DNA of 64,000 nt from Candidatus Bathyarchaeota archaeon (GTDB lineage: Archaea > Thermoproteota > Bathyarchaeia > Bathyarchaeales > Bathycorpusculaceae): positions 128,001-192,000 of the forward strand of contig CAVYRJ010000009.1 of the NCBI GenBank assembly GCA_963770935.1, given 5' to 3'. The notes under the pieces were generated by a model that worked only from the letters and a program-made list of their open reading frames with translations, searched no databases and was not told the DNA's origin. Within the stretch, counting starts at the first letter, position 1, and each line of letters starts with the position of its first letter. Positions 10,988 through 19,201 of the stretch are shown here, one piece after another. Position numbers and translations under genes: made by a program.

Positions 10988-11031
10988 GACTACTACAGAC
11001 TATTTCAGACTACTACAGACTATTACAGACT
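10988..11031. repeat. Tandem 10-bp repeat, about 4.4 copies of GACTA(C/T)T(A/T)CA
   Basis: gactactaca gactatttca gactactaca gactattaca gact. Confidence 0.9.
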
Positions 11032-11314
11032 CAACATGCAGATGTCACAAACCCTAAATCAAAAAAGCAACCCAAAACAACCTCTGCTCCAAATTGTAAT
11101 TTCAACTTTTGTTCTTCTAGAAGAGATTTTTTTCAGGGTCCAATTTAACTTAATTAGTTGATCGAGCTTCCATTGCTGAACAGAATTTTTTGAACATTTT
11201 TGTGTGCAAGAAAACCAAGAAAGCCCAAAAATGCTTCTGCCGAAAATGCCGTTGTGTAGTTGACATTGCCTATAAGCCAGGTCTGCTCTATGTGTGGTTT
11301 CCCGAGGTAATGGT

Positions 11315-11494
11315 ATGTTTGCTCAAATAGTAATCGATTGTCAAACTCGAAAAGAAACTTTTGGTTGCGAGTATTGTATTGTAAAAGAGAATTGTCATCT
11401 TCGCCTAGAATTAGAAGGTAAAATTGGAGTTGAGGAGAAACCGCAGAGACTGCTGGGTCCTCTTTTAACTATGGAAGCTCCAGTTTTTGGATAA
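11315..11494 (+). CDS. Small Cys4 protein (59 aa), C-x8-C-x2-C-x5-C, possibly Fe-S or Zn binding
   Basis: GAGGT SD at 11304 and ATG at 11315; MFAQIVIDCQTRKETFGCEYCIVKENCHLRLELE... Confidence 0.55.
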   Translation: MFAQIVIDCQTRKETFGCEYCIVKENCHLRLELEGKIGVEEKPQRLLGPLLTMEAPVFG

Positions 11495-11580
11495 TATCTT
11501 TAAGCATAAATCAACGGTACATACAATAATCCAAGGTTAGTTTAGGCTAAAGAGCGTTTACTAAGAGAGGGGGCAATCGG

Positions 11581-14500
11581 TTGAGTGAGAACGACAATAA
11601 TATAGAGCATTCATGCAAAAAAAAGCCGAGCAAAGATTCCTTAACTGCTTCAGGAATCGCAGAGTACATCCGCTTCAACTGCTGCCCCAGATTCTTCAAG
11701 CTAAGACTCCAAGACGACGATGAGGAAGAAAAGCGCAAATGGCCAATCTTTAAGCCAATTAGTCCCCTGCTTTATGGCGTAGGAAAAACGCTCGAAGAGA
11801 AAAAAGTTGCAGAACTCCAAACCAAAGCAGCCGAATACCACGATTGTAACAAGTACGTTGAAAATGAAGAGTCTTCCTTCAATAATTTGCGTGACGTCAT
11901 CGAGGAACAGATTTCTTCAATAGAAAGAGCTGATGGTAAGCCTGTTTTGCTCTATCAGGTTCCAATGATGGGCAAAATCGGAGTTTGGAAAGTTAAGGGC
12001 ATAGCTGATTTGATTGCCCTTTGGCGCTGCAAAGACGGAAAAGTGAAGGTTAGAATTTTTGAACTCAAGTCCTCTTGGCTAGAGCAGACTGCGCACCGAA
12101 TACAAGTAGCCATCTATGTATTGCTCCTATCAAAAGAATTAGCGAACCTTCTGCCCAAAATCGATGTTGAAGGCGGAGTAATTAATAGGGAAACGAATCT
12201 GGAAAATCTGACCCCTGAAACACTTCCCAAATTCAAGCTCAGCCCCCTAATTCAGGATGTTGAGCGTCTGCTTGCTGAAAACGGCGAGTTAAACCGTATT
12301 CGTAAGACTCCGCTACCCCAGGTTGAGTATCAGCTTTGCGCGAGATGCGACAACTGCGGGTTCAACGAGTATTGCATTGTTTGCTCAGTTGAAAATGAGA
12401 GTATTGCGCTGCTTAACTTGAGTAGGGGCGAACAGAGGGCGTTGGGACACTATGGAATCAAACGGCTTGAGGATCTGGCGAGATTAAAGGTTGTGATGGA
12501 TACAAGCGATTTGCGCCCCTACGACTTCAAAAGCATACAAGCCAAAGAACCTGAGAAGGTACATTTGTTAGCCACTGACAGAGTCGTAGGTGCCAAGTTG
12601 GATTGGCTGGTTCAGCGTGCGCAGTATATGCTTGGTGGAATTCGCCCAAACAGCCCCTTTGCCAGCAGGAGCAGGTGGATGCCCTGGTTAACAGGAACCG
12701 GTTATGGCGGGCTTCCCGAGGATAGTCCTTCAAACGGCATGGATTCAGCCCTTCTCTTTAGTCCAGACGGCATGATACGCGTTTACCTTTTTGTTGAACG
12801 CGACTATATGTTAGACGTTATTTCGATGATTAGCGCAAGGGTGGATTGTACACGCTACAAAGGCGACCCCTTAGGAGTATCAAAGGTTATTGCCAATCTT
12901 CCCGACGACCGACAAGAATGTTTAGATGAAGAAAAGAATCTGCTAGAAGCCTTCTTCAAAGACCTCACGGAAGCTATTACAAAGGTAGCCAAGGAAGTGG
13001 GCAGCCCAGATGAAGCCCCAATCCACCTTTACTTCTTTAGCAGAGGAGAAAGAGACGTACTAATGGAGGCAGTACGCCGCCAACCAACCTTGCTAAGTGC
13101 CATGGCGATTAGAGACCTTTTAGGACTAAGACAAGCCATTGACCAGCCAATGTTTTCAATCCTCCAAGATGAAGTAATACATAGAAAAGCCCTAAAATTT
13201 CATAGTACAGGGCTTCTGCCAATCCTTGAGCAATCGAGTTTTTTCGAAAATAAAGCTTGGTTGGCGAAGCGTAAGGATGGATCATCGGTTGATTTACGTT
13301 TAGTTTTCCGCGATGGATTGTTTAATTATTCACTTCCCTACAAAAGAAACCCAGATGGGTCAATCCTTTTTCTTGATGATAGATACGGACACAAAGATGG
13401 ATATTATCCTGCGCGTGCTCGGTTCGGCAACCAAATCCCTATAGAGTACTTGTGGGCCGCCAAAGGTCGCTTGGATAATTACCCGACGAAGGTTCTATTG
13501 GAGAAGCACAAATGGTGCGATTATGTTCAAAAAACAAGACGGATTACCGATGAAGAACTCAACCTCATGGGACTAAAGCTCTGCATGGCTCTAGAACACG
13601 TGGAACGGTCACTAATTATTCGTAACAGAAGGCTGGGCAAGAAACCGATTGCTGTCCCCACAATTGCAAATTTTTCATTAGGCGCTGCAACTTTAGAACG
13701 TGGATGCAGAGAATTTTTGGATTTAGAGTATTTTTCCAAGCGACAAGAGATGTACCAGCACTATTCTTTGCTCCCCTACCAGCGAGTAGCTTCAGGTAGA
13801 TCACTGATTTTTGAGTGCACTGGTGTCGCTGAGTCCGAAAAAGATTTTGTAGTTCGCGGAAAACTCGTCTATGAAGGCATTGGTTTGCCTAAATCTGACT
13901 GCGTGGCTAATGCTTGTAGAGTTAAAGGAGCAGACGGGTCAAGTTCTGGCGATTGGATGGTTGTAACCGAGCTTAGGCGCAACGAGCAGGCTCAGTTTGA
14001 AGAAGCTCAGAAACGCTCCCCATCCGAAGTGGAAAAATCAGCCCGGGCAATCGTCGACAAAATAGATGTACGCAAATCAGAGATAGTAATCAATGTAGTT
14101 ACTTGGCCAAGCGGCAAAGGAAGAAAATATAGCGCCTGGCACAATCTTCCAACAACTGACCCTGAGAAAGCAAAAAACAAGTATATGCAACTCTTTGAGG
14201 TCGGGCGAATCTACATTTTGGATGAGTTAGCGGATGATATTATTTCTGATAGGGCGGCAAAGTGCCTTGACTATGCGGGCAACAATGTGCTCTACTGTTT
14301 GTTAGCGAACTTCTTAGCGGGCAAATCTGAGGCTTCTTCGCATAAGGCTTTGCCACGGGATGCGGCTGCTTCGTTCTTGCGTTGGGTTGAGGGCAGACGA
14401 TTTTCTCCAAAGGCAGAGCAGCAACGGTTCATTGAGCGGGTTTTTGGGAAAGAGCAGATTGTTATGTTGCAGGGTCCACCGGGCACGGGGAAGACTGAGA

Positions 14501-15879
14501 CTTTGCAATTGGCTGTTTTGGCGCATGTCGCCACCCACAGAGTCAATTCAAGATGTCGTGTGCTAATGGTTGCTCCAACACACAAGGCTATCCACGAGTT
14601 TGTCAGCAAGCTTGCTCGGTGCTGGCAAGAATACTGCAGAGAAGGCGGCAAGGATCTAAAAGACCTGAACATTTACCGTGTGCTAAGCAGTTCCACTTCA
14701 TCCGCCAAACCCATCGACGGCGTCACTTACGTCAATTACAACGAAGACGAGGAAACTGTGCAGGAACTCAAAGATTATTTATTGAACCAAGCAACATTAA
14801 CCCCTAACTCTTCAGGTTCTGATCCCTTGATTTTATGCCTCACACCTCCAGGCTTGTACGGTTTAATGAAGAAGATCGGAGACTCTGAGCCTCCATGGGG
14901 CGAAGGCTTCTTTGATTTGCTTGTGGTCGACGAGGCTAGCATGATGCGTTTGCCCGAGCTGATTCTTTCAGGCTCATTCTTAACTAAAAGCAGCCAGATC
15001 CTCGTAGCTGGAGACCATCGGCAGTTGCCCCCGATTCAGGCGCACAACTGGGAAAAAGAAGACCGCCGAACACTCGAAGAAATGGCATCCTTCCTATCCG
15101 CAATGGATTTCCTAAGATTGCTACGCCAAGAAGACCTAGGCATAGATCGGATTAGTTGCAAACACCCTGCAGAAATTCCTGCTGAACGATTGTGCGAAAG
15201 CCACAGATGCCACTCAGTCGTAGCAGAGTTTCTGCGAGAATGGGTATATGAGAAGGACAAGATTGATTTTCGCTCCGACCAAAAACAAACGATAGCAGCT
15301 TCTGAGCCTAAAACTGATGGGTTAGGGGTTGTTTTGAATCCGGAGAACGTTTTTGTCCTGATTGTCCACGATGAAGCGGAAAGTTTCCAATCCAACATCG
15401 TTGAAGCATCGATTGTGGAAGCCTTGGTACGTAACGTGAAATCTGAGGGTATAGGCGTAATTACGCCTCATAACGCCCAGAAAGGCTTGCTGAAAAATAT
15501 GCTTTCTGAGGGCTGCGAAAACGCCAGAATCGACACTGTTGAACGATTTCAGGGCGGCGAAGCAGACTTCATCATCATCTCCTCCACCGTCAGCGACCCA
15601 GATTATGTCCGAAGCGAAAGCGACTTCCTACTTAACTTGAACCGAATTAACGTAGCCATTTCACGCATGAAGAAAAAACTGGTTATTATTGCGAGCAGGT
15701 CTATTTTTGAGTTCATGCCTCAGGACGCCAAAGACTATGACAAGGCTTTGCTCTGGCGAGGGATTTCGCAGACGGTTGGGTTTACGGCTGACTCGAAAGC
15801 ACATTGGACGGGTACTCTATCAGAGTTTCTGGGGAAAGATGCTTTACCGGTAAAGATTGAAATCTACATTAAGTCATGA
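11581..15879 (+). CDS. Dna2-like fusion: Fe-S PD-(D/E)xK (RecB/Cas4/AddB-type) nuclease plus SF1B (Upf1/Dna2-like) helicase
   Basis: N-terminal CCPRFF plus CDNCGFNEYC (iron-staple cysteines); GIADLI..IFELKSS..HRIQVAIY nuclease motifs; QGPPGTGKT, VVDEASMM, AGDHRQLPPI, ITPHNAQ, DTVERFQGGE and LNRINVAISR helicase motifs. Confidence 0.88.
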   Translation: MSENDNNIEHSCKKKPSKDSLTASGIAEYIRFNCCPRFFKLRLQDDDEEEKRKWPIFKPISPLLYGVGKTLEEKKVAELQTKAAEYHDCNKYVENEESSFNNLRDVIEEQISSIERADGKPVLLYQVPMMGKIGVWKVKGIADLIALWRCKDGKVKVRIFELKSSWLEQTAHRIQVAIYVLLLSKELANLLPKIDVEGGVINRETNLENLTPETLPKFKLSPLIQDVERLLAENGELNRIRKTPLPQVEYQLCARCDNCGFNEYCIVCSVENESIALLNLSRGEQRALGHYGIKRLEDLARLKVVMDTSDLRPYDFKSIQAKEPEKVHLLATDRVVGAKLDWLVQRAQYMLGGIRPNSPFASRSRWMPWLTGTGYGGLPEDSPSNGMDSALLFSPDGMIRVYLFVERDYMLDVISMISARVDCTRYKGDPLGVSKVIANLPDDRQECLDEEKNLLEAFFKDLTEAITKVAKEVGSPDEAPIHLYFFSRGERDVLMEAVRRQPTLLSAMAIRDLLGLRQAIDQPMFSILQDEVIHRKALKFHSTGLLPILEQSSFFENKAWLAKRKDGSSVDLRLVFRDGLFNYSLPYKRNPDGSILFLDDRYGHKDGYYPARARFGNQIPIEYLWAAKGRLDNYPTKVLLEKHKWCDYVQKTRRITDEELNLMGLKLCMALEHVERSLIIRNRRLGKKPIAVPTIANFSLGAATLERGCREFLDLEYFSKRQEMYQHYSLLPYQRVASGRSLIFECTGVAESEKDFVVRGKLVYEGIGLPKSDCVANACRVKGADGSSSGDWMVVTELRRNEQAQFEEAQKRSPSEVEKSARAIVDKIDVRKSEIVINVVTWPSGKGRKYSAWHNLPTTDPEKAKNKYMQLFEVGRIYILDELADDIISDRAAKCLDYAGNNVLYCLLANFLAGKSEASSHKALPRDAAASFLRWVEGRRFSPKAEQQRFIERVFGKEQIVMLQGPPGTGKTETLQLAVLAHVATHRVNSRCRVLMVAPTHKAIHEFVSKLARCWQEYCREGGKDLKDLNIYRVLSSSTSSAKPIDGVTYVNYNEDEETVQELKDYLLNQATLTPNSSGSDPLILCLTPPGLYGLMKKIGDSEPPWGEGFFDLLVVDEASMMRLPELILSGSFLTKSSQILVAGDHRQLPPIQAHNWEKEDRRTLEEMASFLSAMDFLRLLRQEDLGIDRISCKHPAEIPAERLCESHRCHSVVAEFLREWVYEKDKIDFRSDQKQTIAASEPKTDGLGVVLNPENVFVLIVHDEAESFQSNIVEASIVEALVRNVKSEGIGVITPHNAQKGLLKNMLSEGCENARIDTVERFQGGEADFIIISSTVSDPDYVRSESDFLLNLNRINVAISRMKKKLVIIASRSIFEFMPQDAKDYDKALLWRGISQTVGFTADSKAHWTGTLSEFLGKDALPVKIEIYIKS

Positions 15880-16040
15880 AGCTTTAAGAAATAGAAAAAT
15901 GAAACTGCCCTTTTTTATTAAAAAAAACAGCTTTTTTCCTTACAAGAAATCCAAAAAAGCTCCAAAACAACTGCACCATATTATTGTTGATTTTTTCCTC
16001 ATTTTAGACAAACCAAAAAACCAAACATACCCCAAAATAT

Positions 16041-17015
16041 CTAGGACTTTCGTTTTCTTTTGCGCTTGATTGAAGAGAGAACGATGGCGATTTGGTTTAG
16101 TTGATCATTGTTGAGTATGATTTCAGAAGTTTTAGATTTGATGTTTGTATTTTTTAGCATTTTAAAGAATTGTTCTCTTTGCAGCTGGTATGTTTTTTCT
16201 GTTTCAAAGGCTGCGTGGTAATCTCCTTCATCTGTTTCTACACGAGCTTTATCGATTATTCGGATCAATTCAATGCCTATTTCGCCGCGTTTGTTTAAGT
16301 CAGCTATGTATGCGTTGTCACCAAGTTTAAGTTGTAAAAAAGCATTGTAACCAACGTCTCCTATAACAGAAAGATTTGTGTGCCAATTTGTTTCCTTCTT
16401 TATCTTGCGCTCAAATTTTGGAGATATCCACTTGGAAACCCCAATGTACCACGTATTTATGTAAGCATTTGTCCAATCTTTGATTTTAGTGTGAGGCTTA
16501 ACTTTTTTAAGAGTACTGTTTTTTGTTGTCTTTTGCGATAAATTCCACATTTGCTTATACTTCTTCAAATCACCTATCGGTTTTGCTGAGTTCCATAAAT
16601 TCTCATTAAAGAAGCCCTTTACTTCCTCTGCCTCTACCCTCTCAAGCAGCACTCCAACTTCAATATTACTTTCAAATGCTGCTTCCGTCAAATTGGCTGA
16701 AGTTATTAAAGCTGAATCGTCAAAAATGTAGATGTTTGAATTAAAATTTTCATGAGATTTAATGTTGATACCCTTAAAGTGCTCCATAAGGTACTGTATT
16801 TCATTTGGATTAACTGCCCCTTCTTTGACTGAAACATCATTTACAGGAAAGACAAATCGGATGTCGGCTGGAGGGGTCTTTAGGATTTCCTGTGAAAAAA
16901 CTCTATGGGCACCTAAACCAAGAGAGGGGGAACATACCCATAAAATCTCTTTTGTGTCTAACGATTTCTGAAGAACAGTTTCATATAACTCTGCATTGGA
17001 CAGGAATATAGTCAT
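16041..17015 (-). CDS. Phospholipase D-like (Nuc/BfiI-type) domain protein with degenerate HKD motif
   Basis: WVCSP...FNSNIYIFDDSALITSANLT...NIEVGV is the PLD_2 signature, but H-x-K-x4-D reads N-S-N-x4-D. Confidence 0.8.
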   Translation of the reverse strand: MTIFLSNAELYETVLQKSLDTKEILWVCSPSLGLGAHRVFSQEILKTPPADIRFVFPVNDVSVKEGAVNPNEIQYLMEHFKGINIKSHENFNSNIYIFDDSALITSANLTEAAFESNIEVGVLLERVEAEEVKGFFNENLWNSAKPIGDLKKYKQMWNLSQKTTKNSTLKKVKPHTKIKDWTNAYINTWYIGVSKWISPKFERKIKKETNWHTNLSVIGDVGYNAFLQLKLGDNAYIADLNKRGEIGIELIRIIDKARVETDEGDYHAAFETEKTYQLQREQFFKMLKNTNIKSKTSEIILNNDQLNQIAIVLSSIKRKRKRKS

Positions 17016-17193
17016 AGGTTGAAGTTGCTTTGTATGAATAAAAGTTTTCCCAAAGTATTACCTATGATACCCGTTTCGAGAAAGCCAAGCGACAATGTTT
17101 GCATACTCGATATGATAAAAAAAGTTTTCTAAAGACCAGAATTTCGGTCTATTTTATCTAAAAAGAAAAAAGTGGGGTTGTTTGAATTATGAT

Positions 17194-18960
17194 TTATTTT
17201 GCTCGTTTCTTTAATGCTATAGCTGCAACTGCTATGACTATTATTGCTGATATTGCCGCTACTACAATGAATGCTACTTCCACAGGAAATGCAGTTGATT
17301 GTTGCGGGGCAGGGGATTGTGTGGGCGCTGGGGTTGCTGTTGGCGGAGTTGTTGGTGGAACCTCAGGTGTTGGGCTTGGGGTTTTTGTGGGTGAGGGTTT
17401 TGCTGTTGGCGTTGGAGTTGGTGGCGAGTTAACTGAGAGGCTTACAGTGTTTGATTGTGAAGTTATTCTTTCTGAGTCTTGGATTACGCAGTAGTAAGTG
17501 TAGGTGCCTGGTGTGGTCTTGGTTAGTGCCAACTGGGCATTGGTTTGTCCAGGAATAGCGTTTGATCCTTCATACCATTGGAAAGAGTAAGGCCATACTC
17601 CTCCAGACGCTGAAGCGGTGACTATTGCTGTTTGCCCAACTTTTACAGAAGGGTTATGCATTAAAGCAAAAGCCGCTGGAGGTTGATAGTGACTAAGCAT
17701 CCAATCAAGAGCTGGCTGGCTGACGTCTCTTGCAGAGTAAGTCCCTTGGAAGACATCGCTGTGACCATAATTCGGTAACAATGTCCAACTAAAATCTGTT
17801 GTTGCCATTCCGTTTGTTATGTTTCCGTAAGCAGCGAGGTTTAATCCGCTTCTGAAACCAAGCACTGGCACATTGACCTCAGAAATGTGCGCTATATAAT
17901 CATATGCTAACGGCGGAATTACGTTCCATGCCAGCAGGGCATTATAATCTATGAATACTCTAACTGGATAGTATCTTTCCGCTTGGGTGGCTAAATTCAT
18001 GTTTACTGTAATGTTACTGTAGCCTCCATAGGTATTGAATGAATTAGCAATATTCCAGTTGTATTCGAACCATTCCGTGATGTTAGCCCAAGTATTGTTA
18101 GTGCGCGGGTTAATTGTTGTTATCAATGTTCCATTGAGATACTGAGCGGGAGCACCAGGGTTTTGAGCGGCAAATTGAACCAAAAACACATATCCCGGAT
18201 TCAGCGAAGAAGGAACATTGGATGTCTGTGGGGATTCCCATAGCCAAGTTCCAAGGGTCTTTATGCTGTTTACTGCGGCGGTCACATTATAGAAGGCTGT
18301 TAGATTCTGGCTTTTCGCTAAAATAGATTTTGGTGGACCTGGATCTAAGAGAATCAATCCTCTAAGATCCTGCTGCCAGTATTTGGCTGCGTAGATTTGC
18401 TCCATAATTCCGCCCCAACTCTGGCCAGCCATGAATAATTTTTGTGCTCCAGAAACTTGTTTGGCTTTATCAACGGCTTCTTTGATGTCGCTTATGTATT
18501 GTTCCATGCCCCAGTCTGCAGTTGCTGAGAGTTGGCTCTTGTTTGTGTCAATGGGTATAAAGTGAGTTCTGTAATCAATAGTGTAGACATCATAGCCTCT
18601 GTTAGCCCAATATATGCATTGACTCATGTTTTCCGTCTTTGTGAAACTATCAGTTGATGGATTTGACGTCAGTCGCTCACCGCTGCCGTACAATCCAGGA
18701 AGCATGAAAACAACTCCTTTTAGAGGAACTCCAGTTTTCACAAGCCGGTGCAAGCCTATTTTGTCGTAGGGTCCATTAGGTTCCATGGACGCGTTTTTTT
18801 GCCAGACGTATTCTTTGAGGTCGACGTAAGCTTTTACTCCTCTGCCATCTTGGGTTAGTGTCCAGTTGTCGGTTGCAGCGTTAGAAAATTTAATGACTAT
18901 AGGGATAGTTGTGATTAATAGTCCAATGATTAGCGTTATTGTTAGGGTTTTATATTTCAT
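17194..18960 (-). CDS. Secreted, membrane-anchored alpha/beta hydrolase with Ig-like domain and Pro/Thr linker
   Basis: Signal peptide, GQSWGG nucleophile elbow, GHSD His motif, YSFQWY..YYC Ig-like domain, PT-rich linker, TM helix and KKRAK. Confidence 0.85.
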   Translation of the reverse strand: MKYKTLTITLIIGLLITTIPIVIKFSNAATDNWTLTQDGRGVKAYVDLKEYVWQKNASMEPNGPYDKIGLHRLVKTGVPLKGVVFMLPGLYGSGERLTSNPSTDSFTKTENMSQCIYWANRGYDVYTIDYRTHFIPIDTNKSQLSATADWGMEQYISDIKEAVDKAKQVSGAQKLFMAGQSWGGIMEQIYAAKYWQQDLRGLILLDPGPPKSILAKSQNLTAFYNVTAAVNSIKTLGTWLWESPQTSNVPSSLNPGYVFLVQFAAQNPGAPAQYLNGTLITTINPRTNNTWANITEWFEYNWNIANSFNTYGGYSNITVNMNLATQAERYYPVRVFIDYNALLAWNVIPPLAYDYIAHISEVNVPVLGFRSGLNLAAYGNITNGMATTDFSWTLLPNYGHSDVFQGTYSARDVSQPALDWMLSHYQPPAAFALMHNPSVKVGQTAIVTASASGGVWPYSFQWYEGSNAIPGQTNAQLALTKTTPGTYTYYCVIQDSERITSQSNTVSLSVNSPPTPTPTAKPSPTKTPSPTPEVPPTTPPTATPAPTQSPAPQQSTAFPVEVAFIVVAAISAIIVIAVAAIALKKRAK

Positions 18961-19077
18961 TTTTTCTTATTCTCCTTTATTTCGGGTACTTCTTGTCATT
19001 GCGCCCCTCACTCGGCACTCAGATAGGAAAACTCCTTCAATTTCAATTCCGTAAGTTCTCCTAAGTCACTATTAGGT

Positions 19078-19133
19078 CCGGAAAAATATGTAGCAATTTT
19101 TGACGATTTTTCCGATTTTTCCTGATTTTTCAG
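19078..19133. promoter_or_regulatory. Phased direct repeats (3-4 x GAAAAATCR on the minus strand, 9-10 bp period) plus one inverted copy, upstream of the hydrolase
   Basis: caatttttga cgatttttc cgatttttcc tgatttttca at 19094-19132, and ggaaaaat at 19080-19087. Confidence 0.5.
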
Positions 19134-19201
19134 GAAGATGCAAAGAAAGCCCAATTCACTTCATTTCGAAAACTAAAGAATTATACTTTACTTTATTTAT
19201 C

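Noticed and set aside
10988-11031. CRISPR array
   Set aside because: Units are 10 bp and directly adjacent with no spacers; no cas operon.
11581-12400. cas4 gene / CRISPR adaptation module
   Set aside because: The Cas4-like Fe-S nuclease is fused to an SF1 helicase, and no cas1, cas2 or array is present.
17189-17494. Gly/Val-rich plus-strand ORF (likewise 26474-26731 and 60318-60536)
   Set aside because: Antisense shadows of Pro/Thr linkers and TM segments of real genes.
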